Shown here: positions 10,824 to 24,800 of the stretch, in pieces
How the letters are laid out: each line of letters starts with the position of its first letter
How positions within the stretch are numbered: the first letter of the stretch is position 1
Origin: Candidatus Poribacteria bacterium
Lineage (GTDB): Bacteria; Poribacteria; WGA-4E; WGA-3G
DNA: 64,000 nt
Direction of reading: 5' to 3'
Assembly: GCA_965261435.1 (NCBI GenBank)
Contig: CBDHDL010000008.1
Coordinates: 1,207,987-1,271,986, forward strand
Translations under genes and position numbers: made by a program
Notes under the pieces: generated by a model
What the model saw: only the letters and a program-made list of their open reading frames with translations
What the model was told of the DNA's origin: nothing
The model's database searches: none

Positions 10824-13800
10824 TTACTTCAATATAACCATCTTCCGCAGGGGAGACTGGATGTCCGCTTGCAGATGATAATAGTAGACACCATTTGCCA
10901 CTCGTTCACCTAAGTTATTCCTTCCATCCCAATGTCCAGCAAGTCTTCGATTTGTATAGTATCCAGGCGTTTGATGTCCAAGGTCTAAGTGCCGCACAAT
11001 GGTACCGCGAATACTGTAGATCGTGATGCTAACATCACTCGGTTTCGCTAATTGATACGGTATCCACGTCTCAGGATTGAACGGGTTAGGATAGTTTGTC
11101 AACAGTGCTGTCGTATCAGGCAGTGAATTCATTTGGATGTCAACCTGTGTAGGAGCACCTCCCACTGCCGGGATAACTTCCAACGGTAGCCTGCCCGATT
11201 TGGCGAAGGCGTAACCATTATGGTAACCGATACTAAAAATCCCATTTGGTATTGAAGGTAGTCTCGGTAACGTTCCGATATCTACTGTGACAGCACCAGT
11301 TGTGTCAGCGGTGCGGGTCACTGAGATAGTTTCACTTTCTACGCTACCAGCAGGAATATAGACGCTGCTTTCTCCATTACTGAGACTTCCATTGGTAACT
11401 TTGAGATTCAAGTTGATATTAAGGGGGGTACCCACAGGTATTTTCACCTTTAACTGACCTTCCGCAATTTTCTCAAGTGAAATGTTGAAAGGCATATACT
11501 CCTCCGATTCATCGTAGTTTTCAACTACGAGTATATGCATTGGCGGCACCCCTGCAAACAGACCATCAGGTAAACTTGTTAGTTTATTTGCATACAACCA
11601 GAGTATATTCAGAGATGAAAGGCCATTAAGTAAACCTGCAGGTAAACTTGTTAGTTGATTCCTATGAAGGGCGATGTATTCCAAGGATGATAAACCATCA
11701 AACACATCCTCCGGTAGACTTGTTAGACTATTACGATGCATCCAGAGGTTTTCCAGGGACGATAGTCCACCAAACACATTCTCCGGTAGACTTGATAGTT
11801 GATTTTTACTCAACCAGAGGTCTTCCAGGGACGATAGTCCATCAAACACATCCTCGGACAGACTTGCTATTTTATTAACAGACAGAAAGATTCCATCCAG
11901 AGACGATAGTCCATCAAATACATTCTCTGGTAGACTTGTTAGCTCATTAAATCTCAGGTCTATGTCCTCCAGTGACGACAACCCATCAAACACATTTTCT
12001 GGCAGACTTGCTATTTTGTTATGATCCAGTCCAATGCTTTCGATAGACGATAGTCCAACAAATACATTCTCAGAAAGACTTGCTATTTCATTGTAAGCCA
12101 AATAGAGAGTTGTCAGGGATAATAATCCATCAAACACTTCCCCTGGTAGACTTGTTAATTCGTTATGATCCAGTTCAATGCTGATCACATACGATAGTCC
12201 ATTGAAATCACCCTTTTTCAGTGAGGTGATACCTCTCTCAGATAGATTAAGAGATGTAATTGTTGTGAGGTGCGCTTCAGTTACATCAGCTGCTGAATCT
12301 ATACCACTTAGTGCGGCAACGATAGCATCTTGCACTTGTGATGTGCGATCACTAACAGGAAATATAGTTGCGTCCGTTACATTGATCGTAACGGTGATGC
12401 CATCGGTACCACCCTTGCCATCAAAAACCATGACAATGACGGTATATGAGTTCTTCGTTTCATAATCAAGCGCAGCACTTGTCTGTAACTGCCCGGATGT
12501 GCTAACAATTCCGAATGATGCTGCATCCGCACCGTCAAGTATATAGCGGAGTCTATCACGGTTGTCCGTATCGGTTGCTGCAACGGGATTACCAATATTT
12601 ACTCCAGATGGTGTATTCTCTTCAATAGAACGCGTGGCTATATGTCCCTCAGTGAATGTTGGTGCACTATTCGTTTGTTGCTGTAGCGTGCGACCAGCAG
12701 CTCGAACCGTCACATCAACGCTGTCTGTCCCTCCATTCCCATCATCCGCGATAACGGTTATTGCGTAGGTGATTTTCGTATCACTCAAGAATGCTGCGGT
12801 AGTTTGCAATTGTCCTGTTGTGCTGACGATGCTAATGAAAGTCACGTCAGTGCCGCCAACAGAATATGTTAAGGTGTCATCTTCATCAGGATCTGTTGCA
12901 GTAACTGGTGTCCCAATATTGTCACCGACAGCTGTATTGCTCTCTATCAATATGCTTCTGCTGAGACTATCTTGTGCAAACACTGGTGGTCGGTTTTCGT
13001 CTACATCCGTGACGTTAATGGTTACATTTATGGTATCTGTGAGTTTTCCATCGGACACGGTAATTATGACCGAGTAAGATGTTTTCGTTTCATAATCAAG
13101 TGGTGTCTTTGTATGAAGCTGCCCGTTTGTACTGTTGATGCTAAACGACGCAGCATCCGTTCCACCGAGTGTATACGTGAGGTCATCCATGTCCGCATCT
13201 GTCGCAGATACCGCAGTGCCGATGTCCACACCGGAGTCAGTATTTTCCGCAACTTCGCGTGTTGTGCTATCACCATCCGAGAATACGGGGGCGCGGTTTT
13301 CGTCAACATCCGTCACATTGATCGTGACAGTAATCGTATCTTTGCGTTTTCCATCAGAGACAGAGATTGTGACGGAATATGAGCTCTTTGTTTCAAAATC
13401 AAGTGGGGACTTCGTTCGCAGCTGTCCGTTTGTACTGTTGATGCTAAACGACGCAGCATCCGTTCCACCGAGTGTATATGTCAGGTCATCCTCGTCCGCA
13501 TCTGTCGCAGATACCGCAGTGCCGATGTCCACACCGGAGTCAGTATTCTCCGCAACTTCGCGCGTTGTGCTATCACCATCCGAGAATACGGGGGCGCGGT
13601 TTTCGTCAACATCCGTCACATTGATCGTGACAGTAATCGTATCTTTGCGTTTTCCATCAGAGACAGAGACTGTGACGGAATATGAGCTCTTTGTTTCAAA
13701 ATCAAGTGGGGACTTCGTTCGCAGCTTGCCCGTTTGTACTGTTGATGCTAAACGACGCAGCATCCGTACCACCGAGTGTATATGTCAGGTCATCCTCGTC

Positions 13801-16800
13801 CGCATCTGTCGCAGATACCGCAGTGCCGATGTCCACACCAGAGCTGGTATTCTCCGCAACTTCAAGTGTTGTGCTATCACCATCCGAGAAAACGGGGGCA
13901 CGGTTTTCGTCAACATCCGTCACATTGATCGTGACAGTAATCGTATCTTTGCGTTTTCCATCAGAGACAGAGATTGTGACGGAATATGAGCTCTTTGTTT
14001 CAAAATCAAGTGGGGACTTCGTTCGCAGCTGCCCGTTTGTACTGTTGATGCTAAACGACGCAGCATCCGTACCACCGAGTGTATATGTCAGGTCATCCTC
14101 GTCCGCATCTGTCGCAGATACCGCAGTGCCGATGTCCACACCAGAGCTGGTATTCTCCGCAACTTCAAGTGTTGTGCTATCACCATCCGAGAAAACGGGG
14201 GCACGGTTTTCGTCAACATCCGTCACATTGATCGTGACAGTAATCGTATCTTTGCGTTTTCCATCAGAGACAGAGATTGTGACGGAATATGAGCTCTTTG
14301 TTTCAAAATCAAGTGGGGACTTCGTTCGCAGCTTGCCCGTTTGTACTGTTGATGCTAAACGACGCAGCATCCGTACCACCGAGTGTATATGTCAGGTCAT
14401 CCTCGTCCGCATCTGTCGCAGATACCGCAGTGCCGATGTCCACACCGGAACCGGTATTCTCCGCAACTTCGAGTGTTGTACTATCACCATCCGAGAACGC
14501 GGGAGAGCGGTTTTCGTCTACATCCGCCACATTGATGGTAATGTCAATCGTATCTTTGAGTTTTCCATCGGACACGGTAATCCTTACTGCGTAGGATTTC
14601 TTTGTTTCATAATCCAACGCTGCTTTGGTTTGCAGCTGTCCAGAAGTGCTGACAATGTCAAACGTTGCAGCATCTGTACCACCAAGCGTAAATGTCAAAA
14701 TATCACCATCATCTTGATCAGATACGGAGAGTGTGCCACCGATATTGACTCCCGCTGCGGCGTTCTCTAAAACAGACAACGTTCTTTGTGTATTCGCTGC
14801 GATAACAGGTGCTTCATTGACATCAGTGACGTTGATTGTAACGCTAATCGTATCTCTACCACTGCCATCGGACACGATGACGTTAACCGTATAGGCGGCT
14901 TTCGTTTCGTGGTTAAGCGCGGCACTTGTTTTCAGTTGTCCTGAAGTGCTATCAATTGCAAACGATGAAGCATCAGAGCCACTCAGTAGGTAAGCAAGCG
15001 TATTTTTATCCGCATCTTTAGCAGCAATAGGTGCGCCAATGTTCTCGTCTGCATCAGTATTTTCTGCAATAGTCCGAGTTGTGCTTGTACCCTCTGTGAA
15101 CACAGGCGGGTTGTTGGTTCGTCTTTCGTCAAGGTTCGTAACATTGATTGTGACTGTGATGGTATCTGTAAGGATGCCGTCTGAGACAGTGATTGTCACC
15201 GTATAAGATGCTTTGGCTTCATGGTCAAGCGTTGCTCTTGTCTTCAACTGCCCAGTTTTACTATCAATACCAAATGACGAAGCATCTGCGCCTCCGAGTG
15301 TGTAGGTTAACGTATTTCCTTCTGGGTCGGTAGCGGAAACCGCACTACCGATGTTTATCTCCGCACCAACGTTTTCAGCAATCGCGCGGGTTGTACTTGT
15401 GTCATCAGAAAACGAGGGTGCCTCGTTGACGTCTGTGACGTTAATTGTAACAGTAATGCTATCCATCAAACTACCGTCGGAGACGTTAACGGATGCCGAA
15501 TACAATGACTTTGTTTCAAAATTGAGCGACGCGCTTGTTTTCAGTTGCCCAGTATCACTATCAATGTCAAATGAGGAGGCATCTGTACCACTAAGGGTAT
15601 AAGTAAGCGTATCGTCATCTGCATCTGTTGCTGTTATTGCCGCACCGATATTGATATCAGGGTCAGTGTTTTCTTGAACGAAGCGCGTTGTGCTATCAGA
15701 TGCAAACTCAGGTGCGTTGTTTGTTGGTGATTCGTCTACATCTGTAATAATTATCGTGACAGAGATACTATCACTCCCACCATTGCCATCAGATACGGTG
15801 ATAGTAACGGAATAGGATGGCTTGGTTTCATAATCTAAATCGTCGCTCGTGCGCAGCTGCCCGTTTGTGCTATCAATGCTAAACGATGTTGCATCCGTGC
15901 CAATCAGACCGTAGGCTAACGTGTCATTATCCACATCTGTGGCAGAAACCGCAGGACCGATGTCTACACCAGAACCAGTGTTCTCAGCAACAGACCTTGT
16001 TGTTCCATCGCCATCTGTGAACTCAGGTGCGGTATTCACAGGGCTTTCATCCACATCAACGATATTAATCGTTACATCAATTGTATCTGTGAGATTGCCA
16101 TCCGAAACAGTGATTATTAATGAGTAAGATGACTTCGCTTCGTAGTCTAAAGCATCCTTCGTGTGCAACTGACCAGTACGACTATTAATACTAAACGATG
16201 ATGCGTTTGTGCCTCCGAGTTCATAGGTCAATGTGTGTCCATCCGCATCCGTGGCAGAAACTGCAGCACCGATGTCTACACCAGAGCCGGTATTCTCATC
16301 AACAGATCTTGTTGTGTTATCGCCATCTATGAACTCAGGGGGATTGTTTGTCGGAGTGGAATCAGTTTCCCTCGTGGTAACCGTATCACCTGTTGTGGGG
16401 TTCTCATCTATGTCTGTGATATTGATAGTAACAGTGATTGTTTTTGTGATTTTACCATCATAGACAGAAACAGTAACCGAGTAAGTGCTTTTTGTTTCGT
16501 AGTCTAAAGCAGCACTTGTTTTCAATTGCCCAGATTTGGTATCAATTGCGAACACGTTTGCATTTGTGCCACCAAGACTATAGGTAAGGGGATCGTCATC
16601 GGCATCTGTTGCATCAACGGGTTCACCAATATTTTCACCCGATGCGGTGTTTTCTGCGGTAGTCCGTGTGGTGCTGTTACCCTCTGTGAAAACTGGGGCG
16701 CTGTTCTCGTCTACATCGATAACATTGATTGTAATGTCAATCGTATCGGTCAGAGTACCGTCAGAAACCGTTATCGTTACGGTGTAGGATTTCTTTTCTT

Positions 16801-18769
16801 CATAATCCAACGTTGTTTTTGTTTTCAATTGTCCTGTGTTGCTATCAATGTCAAAGGAAGTTGCATCTGTGCCGCCCAATGTATACATAAGTTTATCGTT
16901 ATTAGCATCTGTAGCTGCTATCACTTCACCGATATTTTCTCCGGATGCAGTGTTTTCTGCAATAGTCCGCGTGGCAGTAATACCTTCTGTGAATATAGGG
17001 ACAACATTTATGCGACTATAGATTTCAAGAGGGAAACCTTCCGGTTTTACAAGTGTATATCCACTGTGCATTGAAGGTAAACTTGGCACCGTTTCAATAT
17101 CTACCGTGACTGCCTCAATCGTATTGGCAGTGCGAATTAAGGGGAGATATTGACTGCTTACACTGCCTTTTGGGATCGTGATGTTATCGGCATCAATAAA
17201 CCCATTTTCGACGGTGATCTGTAAGGTTATATTAAAGGGGGCACCTGTTGGTACGAACGCTCTAATCTGCTTTTCACCGACCTTTTGAAGTGTTACTGGC
17301 AGCGGTAAAGGTGAAACCGAATTCCCGCTCAAATTCAGATGATTCAGACTTGTTAATCCTTTAAAGATGCCTTCGGGGAGGCTACTGAGTTGGTTATTCC
17401 GCAAATCAAGATTTGTAAGTGATAACATTCCTGAAAAATCGTCACTTTTTAAAGACGTGATTGCTTTATTGCTCAAATTGAGACTTGTGATTCCTGCAAG
17501 CTGGATTTCACTCACATTACGGCAATGGGTAACACCAGGGACAGATGCTGTAATCATTTCAACAACTTGGGTTGAGCGGGTACAAAGTGTCGATTTAGCA
17601 AGCACATAACCGAAATGATTCACTGGAATACTGGGTAAAGTGCCGATATTCACGATTGCACCGTCCATTTCTGTGAAAGACACACTATTGACGGATCCTT
17701 TCGGGATAGTTACCATTGTTGTGCTACTTGCACCATCAATCGGCACGACAATATCAAAGGGGGCACCAGTGGGTATTACTGTTTGGTATTGATTTGCCGA
17801 AACTTGCTGCAGAGAGACGATAAGGGTAATCGGCTCAACAGAATTACCACCTAAACGGAGTGAGGTCAGTGAGGTGAGTCCTTCAAAGATATTATTTGGC
17901 AAACTGCTCAACACGTTACCGTATAGGTTCAGGTTTGTGAGTCCATTCATTCCTGTAAAATCACCTGAGTACAATGATGTGATACCAGTAGAACGCAGAT
18001 TAAGACTTGTGATAGCAGCAAGGTGTACATCGGTTACATTTGCTGCATCCGTTACATCTGGAACAGCAGCGACAATTGCATCGCGTACTGACGCTGTGCG
18101 TTCACTCACAGGAATAAACGCAGAAACCGAATCTGTGTCTTCTACATCAATGACACTGATGATGACTGTGATAGAATTTGTCAGGTTGCCATCAGACGCA
18201 GTAATTGTCACTCCATAGACCCGTTTCATTTCATAGTCTAACGGCACTTCTGTCTTTAACTGTCCTGTTGTGGTCTCAATGTCAAACGAATCGGAATCTG
18301 TCCCTCCGAGTGTATATGTTAAGTCGTCATTATTTGCATCTGTTGCAGCCACTGGTCTACCGATGTCCACATCTGCATTGGTGTTCTCTGCCACTACGCG
18401 GATGGTGAATTTGCCATCGGTGAATATAGGTGGAGCAGCCGTATCAATAGGATTCACAACGGGCGGATCTTCTGGGACGCCAGGTGTGTCTCCTGAAACA
18501 CGTGCTGTCAAAACCACTTCACCAATTACTTCAAGCGGAAGATTGTCAGACTTAGAAATCCTATAACCGTAATGATTTTGAGGTAGACTTGGGTCGGTTA
18601 CATCGTTTGCATTATTTACACCGGATATTGCCGCAATAATAGCATCTCGTACTTCTGCTGTACAGTCACTCACAGCAGCAATTTCCGCAATACCAAAGGT
18701 ATGAACCCAAAGAATTGTAAGTAAAACCAGTAAAATAGATTTGATAGATTTTTGAATTATAGATGACAT
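10824..18769 (-). CDS. Giant secreted LRR-cadherin protein D (~2647 aa after removing two 1-nt insertions at ~13723-13730 and ~14330-14337); ~16 cadherin domains, terminal 24-aa LRR block + Ig, CTD
   Basis: ORFs 14309..18805, 13702..14379 and 10824..13772 join at STNGQ|LRTKSPLDFE. The ATG at 18769 is preceded by GAGGAG. (7946-2)/3 is an integer. Confidence 0.85.
13040..14530 (-). repeat. ~5 near-identical 303-bp tandem cadherin-coding repeats in gene D
   Basis: The unit DENRAPVFSDGDSTT...AENT.SGVDIGTAVSATDADEDDLTYTLGGTDAASFSINSTNGQLRTKSPLDFETKSSYSVTISVSDGKRKDTITVTINVT repeats with a 303/304-nt period. Confidence 0.9.
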
Positions 18770-18858
18770 TTTAAAACTCCTCGTCAAATCCGAATACTTT
18801 AACATGCGGGATGTAGAGTACTACGCGGATAATATAAAAAAAAAGCATGTTTTTATTA

Positions 18859-21800
18859 TTACTTCAGAATCACCATCTTGCGCAGTGGTGAAACAATGTT
18901 CGCCTGTAATTGATAGAAATATAAACCATTCGCCACGCGTTCACCTAAGTTATTCCTTCCATCCCAATGTCCAGCAAGTCTTCGGTTTGTATAGTAGCCA
19001 GCCTTTTTATATCCAAGGTCCAAGTGCCGCACTATGGTACCGCGAATACTGTAGATCGTGATGCTAACATCACTCGGTTTCGCTAATTGATAGGGTATCC
19101 ACGTCTCAGGATTGAACGGGTTAGGATAGTTTGACAGAAGTGCTGTCGTATCAGGTAATGCTTTTGTGGTTGGTGCGTTATTTTGAGACTCTTCAGGAAT
19201 AGTAATATCAAGTGTTAAACTTGAACTATCCTCAATTTCATCAATTGCGGCAATGAGGGTACGAAGCGGACCGTAATCTGATATCGTGTTGCCTGCAAGA
19301 TATAAGATTGATAGTGATGTCAGATTTTCCAGAGCGGACACATCAGTGATAGAATTGTTTCTAAGGTCAAGAATTGTGATGTCTGACAAGTCATCAAAGA
19401 CACCTGTAGGCAAACTTGCTATTTCATTGTCAGCAAGATTAAGATACCACAACATTGACAACCCATCAAATATATCTGCAGGTAAACTCGTGAGATCATT
19501 TTCTTGTAAATGGAGTTGCAGCAGTGAGGACATCCCATCAAATAAATTTTCATGTAAACTCGTGAGATCATTTTCAGATATCCAGAGATTATCTACAGTA
19601 GACAAACCATCAAATACATCCTCAGGTAAACTCGTGAGATCGTTATTTTCAAGATAGAGTTTTTGCAGGGAAGATAACCCTTCAAATACAGCTTCAGGCA
19701 GACTGGTCAGGTTGTTGTTCTGAAGATGTAGGTGAGACAATTTGGACAACCCATCAAACACATCTTCTTCAAGACTCGTTATCGAATTCTTTTGAAGGTT
19801 TATATTTAATAGTGAAGGTAACCCCTGAAATAAATCTTCTGGTAAGCTGGATAGAGAATTGGTGGCCAAATTGATATGTGTCAGTCCAGTCATCCCTGCA
19901 AAATCACCAACCTTCAGTGAACTGATTGATTTACCGGACAGTGGAAGTCTGACAATTTTTGCAAGTTGAGTGTCGAGTACATCATCAGCAGAATCAACGC
20001 CATCTATTGCGGCAATTATAGCATTTCGTACTTGTGAAGTACGTTCACTAATTGCTGGACTGATTTCACTAACGTTAGTCACAGTAATGTGGACAGTGAT
20101 AGTATCAGTACCACCATTCCCATCTGAAACTGAGACTGTTACCACATATAATTGCTTTGATTCATAATCCAACGCTGCTTTCGTCTTAATTTGTGCAGTC
20201 TCACTTTCAAAAGTGAATGAGTCTGCATCTTTTCCACCAAACGTATAGGTCAGATCATCTCCATCAGCATCCGTTGCTGTTATCGTGCCGACTAAAACAC
20301 CCGCTTCTGTATTCTCTGCAATCAAGCGACCGACGATAGGTCTACCAGTAAATAAAGGTTCTTGGTTGCCTTCAGGTGGAATAGTAATATCGATGGCTAC
20401 TTGACTATTCGCTATGAGTCGACGGAGAGGTCCATAATCTGATATAGAGTTACCTGCAAGAAACAGAAGTACCAATGTGGTCAAATCTTCAAGCTCAGAT
20501 ACATCACTGATGGAGTTGTTTATCAGATTTAGGTTGAAGATTGATGACAGGTCATCAAACACACCTACTGGTAGACTGGAAATGGAATTACCGCTTAGGT
20601 CAAGATATCTCAGTGAAGACATTCCGGCAAAATCACCTTCTTGGAGCGAGCTGATTGATTTATTGCTTAAAAACAAATGGGTAATTGCGGCGAGTTGTGC
20701 TTCTGTTACCTCGTCAGCAGAATCTACGTCTTCTATTGCAGCAATGATAGCAGTCATCACTTGTGATGTGCGGGCACTAATGGCTGGTGTAATATCCTCT
20801 ACGTTAGTGACGTTAATCGTAACCCTGATGGTATCTTTCTTACTTGTCAGATCCGTAACGGTAATCGTTATTAAATGAGACTTCTTTGTCTCATAATCTA
20901 AGGCAAGCTTTGGTTTGCAATTGTCCGGACGTGCTAACAATACTGAATGAATCTGCATCTGTGCCACCGAGTGTGTATGTCAATTTATCATCAGCAGTGG
21001 AATCGGTTGCATCGACTGCGGCACCGATATTTTGTCCGGCTGGTGTATTTTCAACCACAGACAACGTTGTCGTTGCACCATCGCTGAACACAGGGGCATC
21101 AGGGTCAACAGGAATGGTAATATCAATGGTTATATTGGTATTTGCTTCTTTAAGATTGCGCAGTGGTGTATAATCTGAAATCATGTTGCCATTAAGATAT
21201 AAGATTGATAGTGATGTCAGACTTTCAACGGCGGATACATCAGTGATAGAATTGTTTCTAAGGTCAAGAAGTAGGAGGTCTGTCAAGTCATCAAAGACGC
21301 CAGTAGGTAGGTTCGATATATTATTATCAGCAATATCAAGATCCCACACCAATGACAACCCATCAAATATGTTTTCAGGTAAACTCGTGAGATCATTGTC
21401 TTCAATATGGAGAAATTCAAGAGCGGTCATACCATCAAATAAATTTTCAGGTAAACTCGTGAGATCATTTTCAGATATCCAGAGATTATCTACAGAAGAT
21501 AACCCATCAAATACATCCTCAGGTAAACTCGTGAGAGCGTTATTTTCAAGATAGAGTTTTACCAGGGAAGATAACCCGTTAAATATATCTTCAGGTAAAC
21601 TCGTGAGACTGTTATTTTGAAGATGGAGAATGTTGAGTGAGGTCATTCCAGAGAAATCACCTGAGTTCAGTGAACTGATGGATTTATTCTTTAAATTCAT
21701 CACTGTAATTCCCGCGAGGTGTTTTTCAGTGATATCGGCTGCAGCATCCACCCCTTTTACTGCATTGACAATAGCATCTTTCACCTGTTGCGTGCGATCA

Positions 21801-24800
21801 CTAACTGGAGTAATACTCGTACCATCGTCTACTTCAGTGACATTGATCGTGACATTAATAGTATCATTGCCGTCGTGTCCATCAGATACAGATACCGTCA
21901 CAGAATAAGTGCTCTTTATATCATAATCCAGAGCAGCACTGGTCTGTAGTTGTCCGTTTGTACTGTCGATGCTAAACGATGAAGCATCCGTACCTCCGAG
22001 CGTGTAGGTCAAAGTATCACCACTATCGTTATCCGTTGCGGTAACAGGATCACCGATGTTCTGTCCAGTTTCCGTATTTTCCGCGATGGAGCGCGTAGTA
22101 GAATCTCCTTCCGTGAAGGATGGCGGACTGTTGACGGTTTGCTGTAGTGTTCTGCCAGCAGCACGAACTGCTACGTTGACACTATCTGACCCTCCATTCC
22201 CATCCTCGGCAATAACGGTTATTGAATAGTTTATTTTCGTATCACTTAAGAATGCTTCGGTAGTTTGCAACTGTCCTGTTGTGCTGACTATACTAAAGAA
22301 AGACGCGTCAGTACCGCCCACAGAATATGTTAGGGTGTCATCCTCATCCGGATCTGTTGCAGTAACTGGTGCCCCAATATTTGTACCGATAGCTGTATTG
22401 CTATCTATCAATATGCTTCTGCTGAGACTATCTTGTGCAAACACGGGTGGTCGGTTTTCGTAGACATCCGTGACGTTAATGGTTACTCTTATGGTATCAG
22501 TGAGTTTTCCATCGGATACGATAATTGTGACCGAGTAGGAACCTTTGGCATCATAATCAAGGGGAACTTTTGTTTGAAGCTGTCCAGAATTGCTAACGAT
22601 ATCAAATGATGATGCATCTGTACCACCCAACGTATAGGTAAGTTGATCTTCGTCCGCATCTGTCGCAGATACCGCAGTCCCGATATTCTCACCTGCATCC
22701 GTATTCTCAGGGACTTCACGTGTTGTGCTATCACCATCCGCGAACGTGGGAGCACGGTTTTCGTCTACGTCCGTGACATTGATGGTCACAGCAATCGTAT
22801 CTGTGAGTTTGCCATCCGACACCGTAATTGTGACCGAGTAGGTGCCTTTACCTTCATAATCAAGGAGAACTTTTGTTTGAAGCTGCCCAGATGTGCTAAC
22901 AATGTCAAACGATGCAGCATCTGAGCCACCAAGCGTATAGGTGAGGTCATCATTATCCTCGTCTGTCGCACTAACCGCACTGCCGATATCTTCACCTGAA
23001 CCTGTGTTCTCAGCGACTTCGCGTGTTGTGCTATCACCATCCGTGAACACGGGTGCGCGGTTCTCATCTACATCCGTCACATTGATGGTCACAGAAATCG
23101 TATCTGTGAGTTTGCCGTCAGAGGCAGTAATTGTGACCGAATAGGATGGCTTAGCTTCAAAATCAAGTGTGGACTTTGTACGTAGCTGCCCAGATGTGCT
23201 AACAATGTCAAACGATGCAGCATCTGAGCCACCAAGCGTATAGGTGAGGTCATCATTGTCCTCGTCTGTCGCACTAACCGCACTGCCGATATCTACACCA
23301 GAACCGGTATTCTCAGCGACTTCGCGTGTTGTGCTATCACCATCCGCGAACGTGGGAGCACGGTTTTCGTCAACATCTGTGACATTGATGGTCACAGAAA
23401 TCGTATCTGTGAGTTTGCCATCAGAAACAGTAATTGTGACCGAATATGAGTTTTTTGTTTCAAAATCAAGTGCGGACTTTGTACGTAGCTGCCCAGATGT
23501 GCTGTTGATACTAAACGACGCAGCATCTGAGCCACCAAGTGTATAGGTAAGGTCATCATTGTCCTCGTCTGACGCACTCACCGCACTGCCGATATCTACA
23601 CCAGAACCGGTATTCTCAGCGACTTCGCGTGTTGTGCTATCACCATCCGCGAACGCAGGTGCGCGGTTTTCGTCAACATCTGCGACATTGATGTTCACAG
23701 AAATCGTATCTGTGAGTTTGCCATCGGACACGCTAATCGTCACTACGTATGATTTCTTTGTTTCATAATCCAACGCGGCTTTGGTTTGCAACTGCCCAGA
23801 TGTGCTAACAATGTCAAACGATGCAGCATCTGTACCACCAAGTGAATATGTTAAAGTATCACCATCATCTTGATCAGTTGCGGAGAGTGTGCCGCCGATA
23901 TTGACTCCCGCTGCGGTGTTCTCTGGAATAGAAAGAGTAGTTTTAATATTAAGCGCGATGACGGGTGCTTCATTGACATCTGTAACGTTGATTGTAACGC
24001 TAATCGTATCTCTACCACTGCCATCGGACACGATGACGGTAACCGTATAGGAGGCTTTCGCTTCGTGGTTCAGCACTGCACTTGTTTTGAGTTGTCCTGA
24101 AGTGCTATCAATCGCAAACGATGAAGCATCAGAGCCACTCAGTAGGTAAGCGAGCGTATTTTTATCCGCATCTTTAGCAGCAATAGGTGCACCAATGTTC
24201 TCGTCTGCATCAGTATTTTCTGCAACAGACCGAGTTGTGCTTGCACCCTCTGTGAACACAGGCGGATTATTAGATGGTGTTTCGTCAAGGTCAGTAACGT
24301 TGATTGTAACTGTGATGGTATCTGTAAAAGTTCCATCTGAGACAGTGATTGACACCGTATAGGATGCCTGGATTTCATAGTCAAGTAATGCTTTTGTCTT
24401 CAGTTGGCCTGTATTATCATCAATACTAAACAATGCAGCATGCGTACCACCTAACGTGTAAGTTAAGTCGTCATTATCTGGATCAGTAGCTGAAACTGTT
24501 CTGTCAATATTTATGTTTTCAGGGGCATTCTCAGCAATCGCCCGCGTTGTGCTACTACCATCAGAAAACACAGGTGCTTCATTGACGTTGGTTACATTTA
24601 TCGTAACGGAGATGCTATCACTACCACCTTTGTTATCAGAAGCTATGACGGATACTGAATAGGTTGACTTTGATTCAAAATTGAGTGCTGCACTTGTTTT
24701 GAGTTGTCCTGTGTCACTATCAATGCTAAATGATGACGCATCCGTACCGTTGAGTCTATACGACAATTTATCGTCATCTGCATCTGTTGCAGTTATTCTC

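Noticed and set aside
10770-10825. Possible intrinsic terminator after gene D (ACAACAGAC...GTCTGTTTGT with inner ATACAG/CTGTAT)
   Set aside because: A weak, AT-rich, imperfect stem; not enough to call a terminator.
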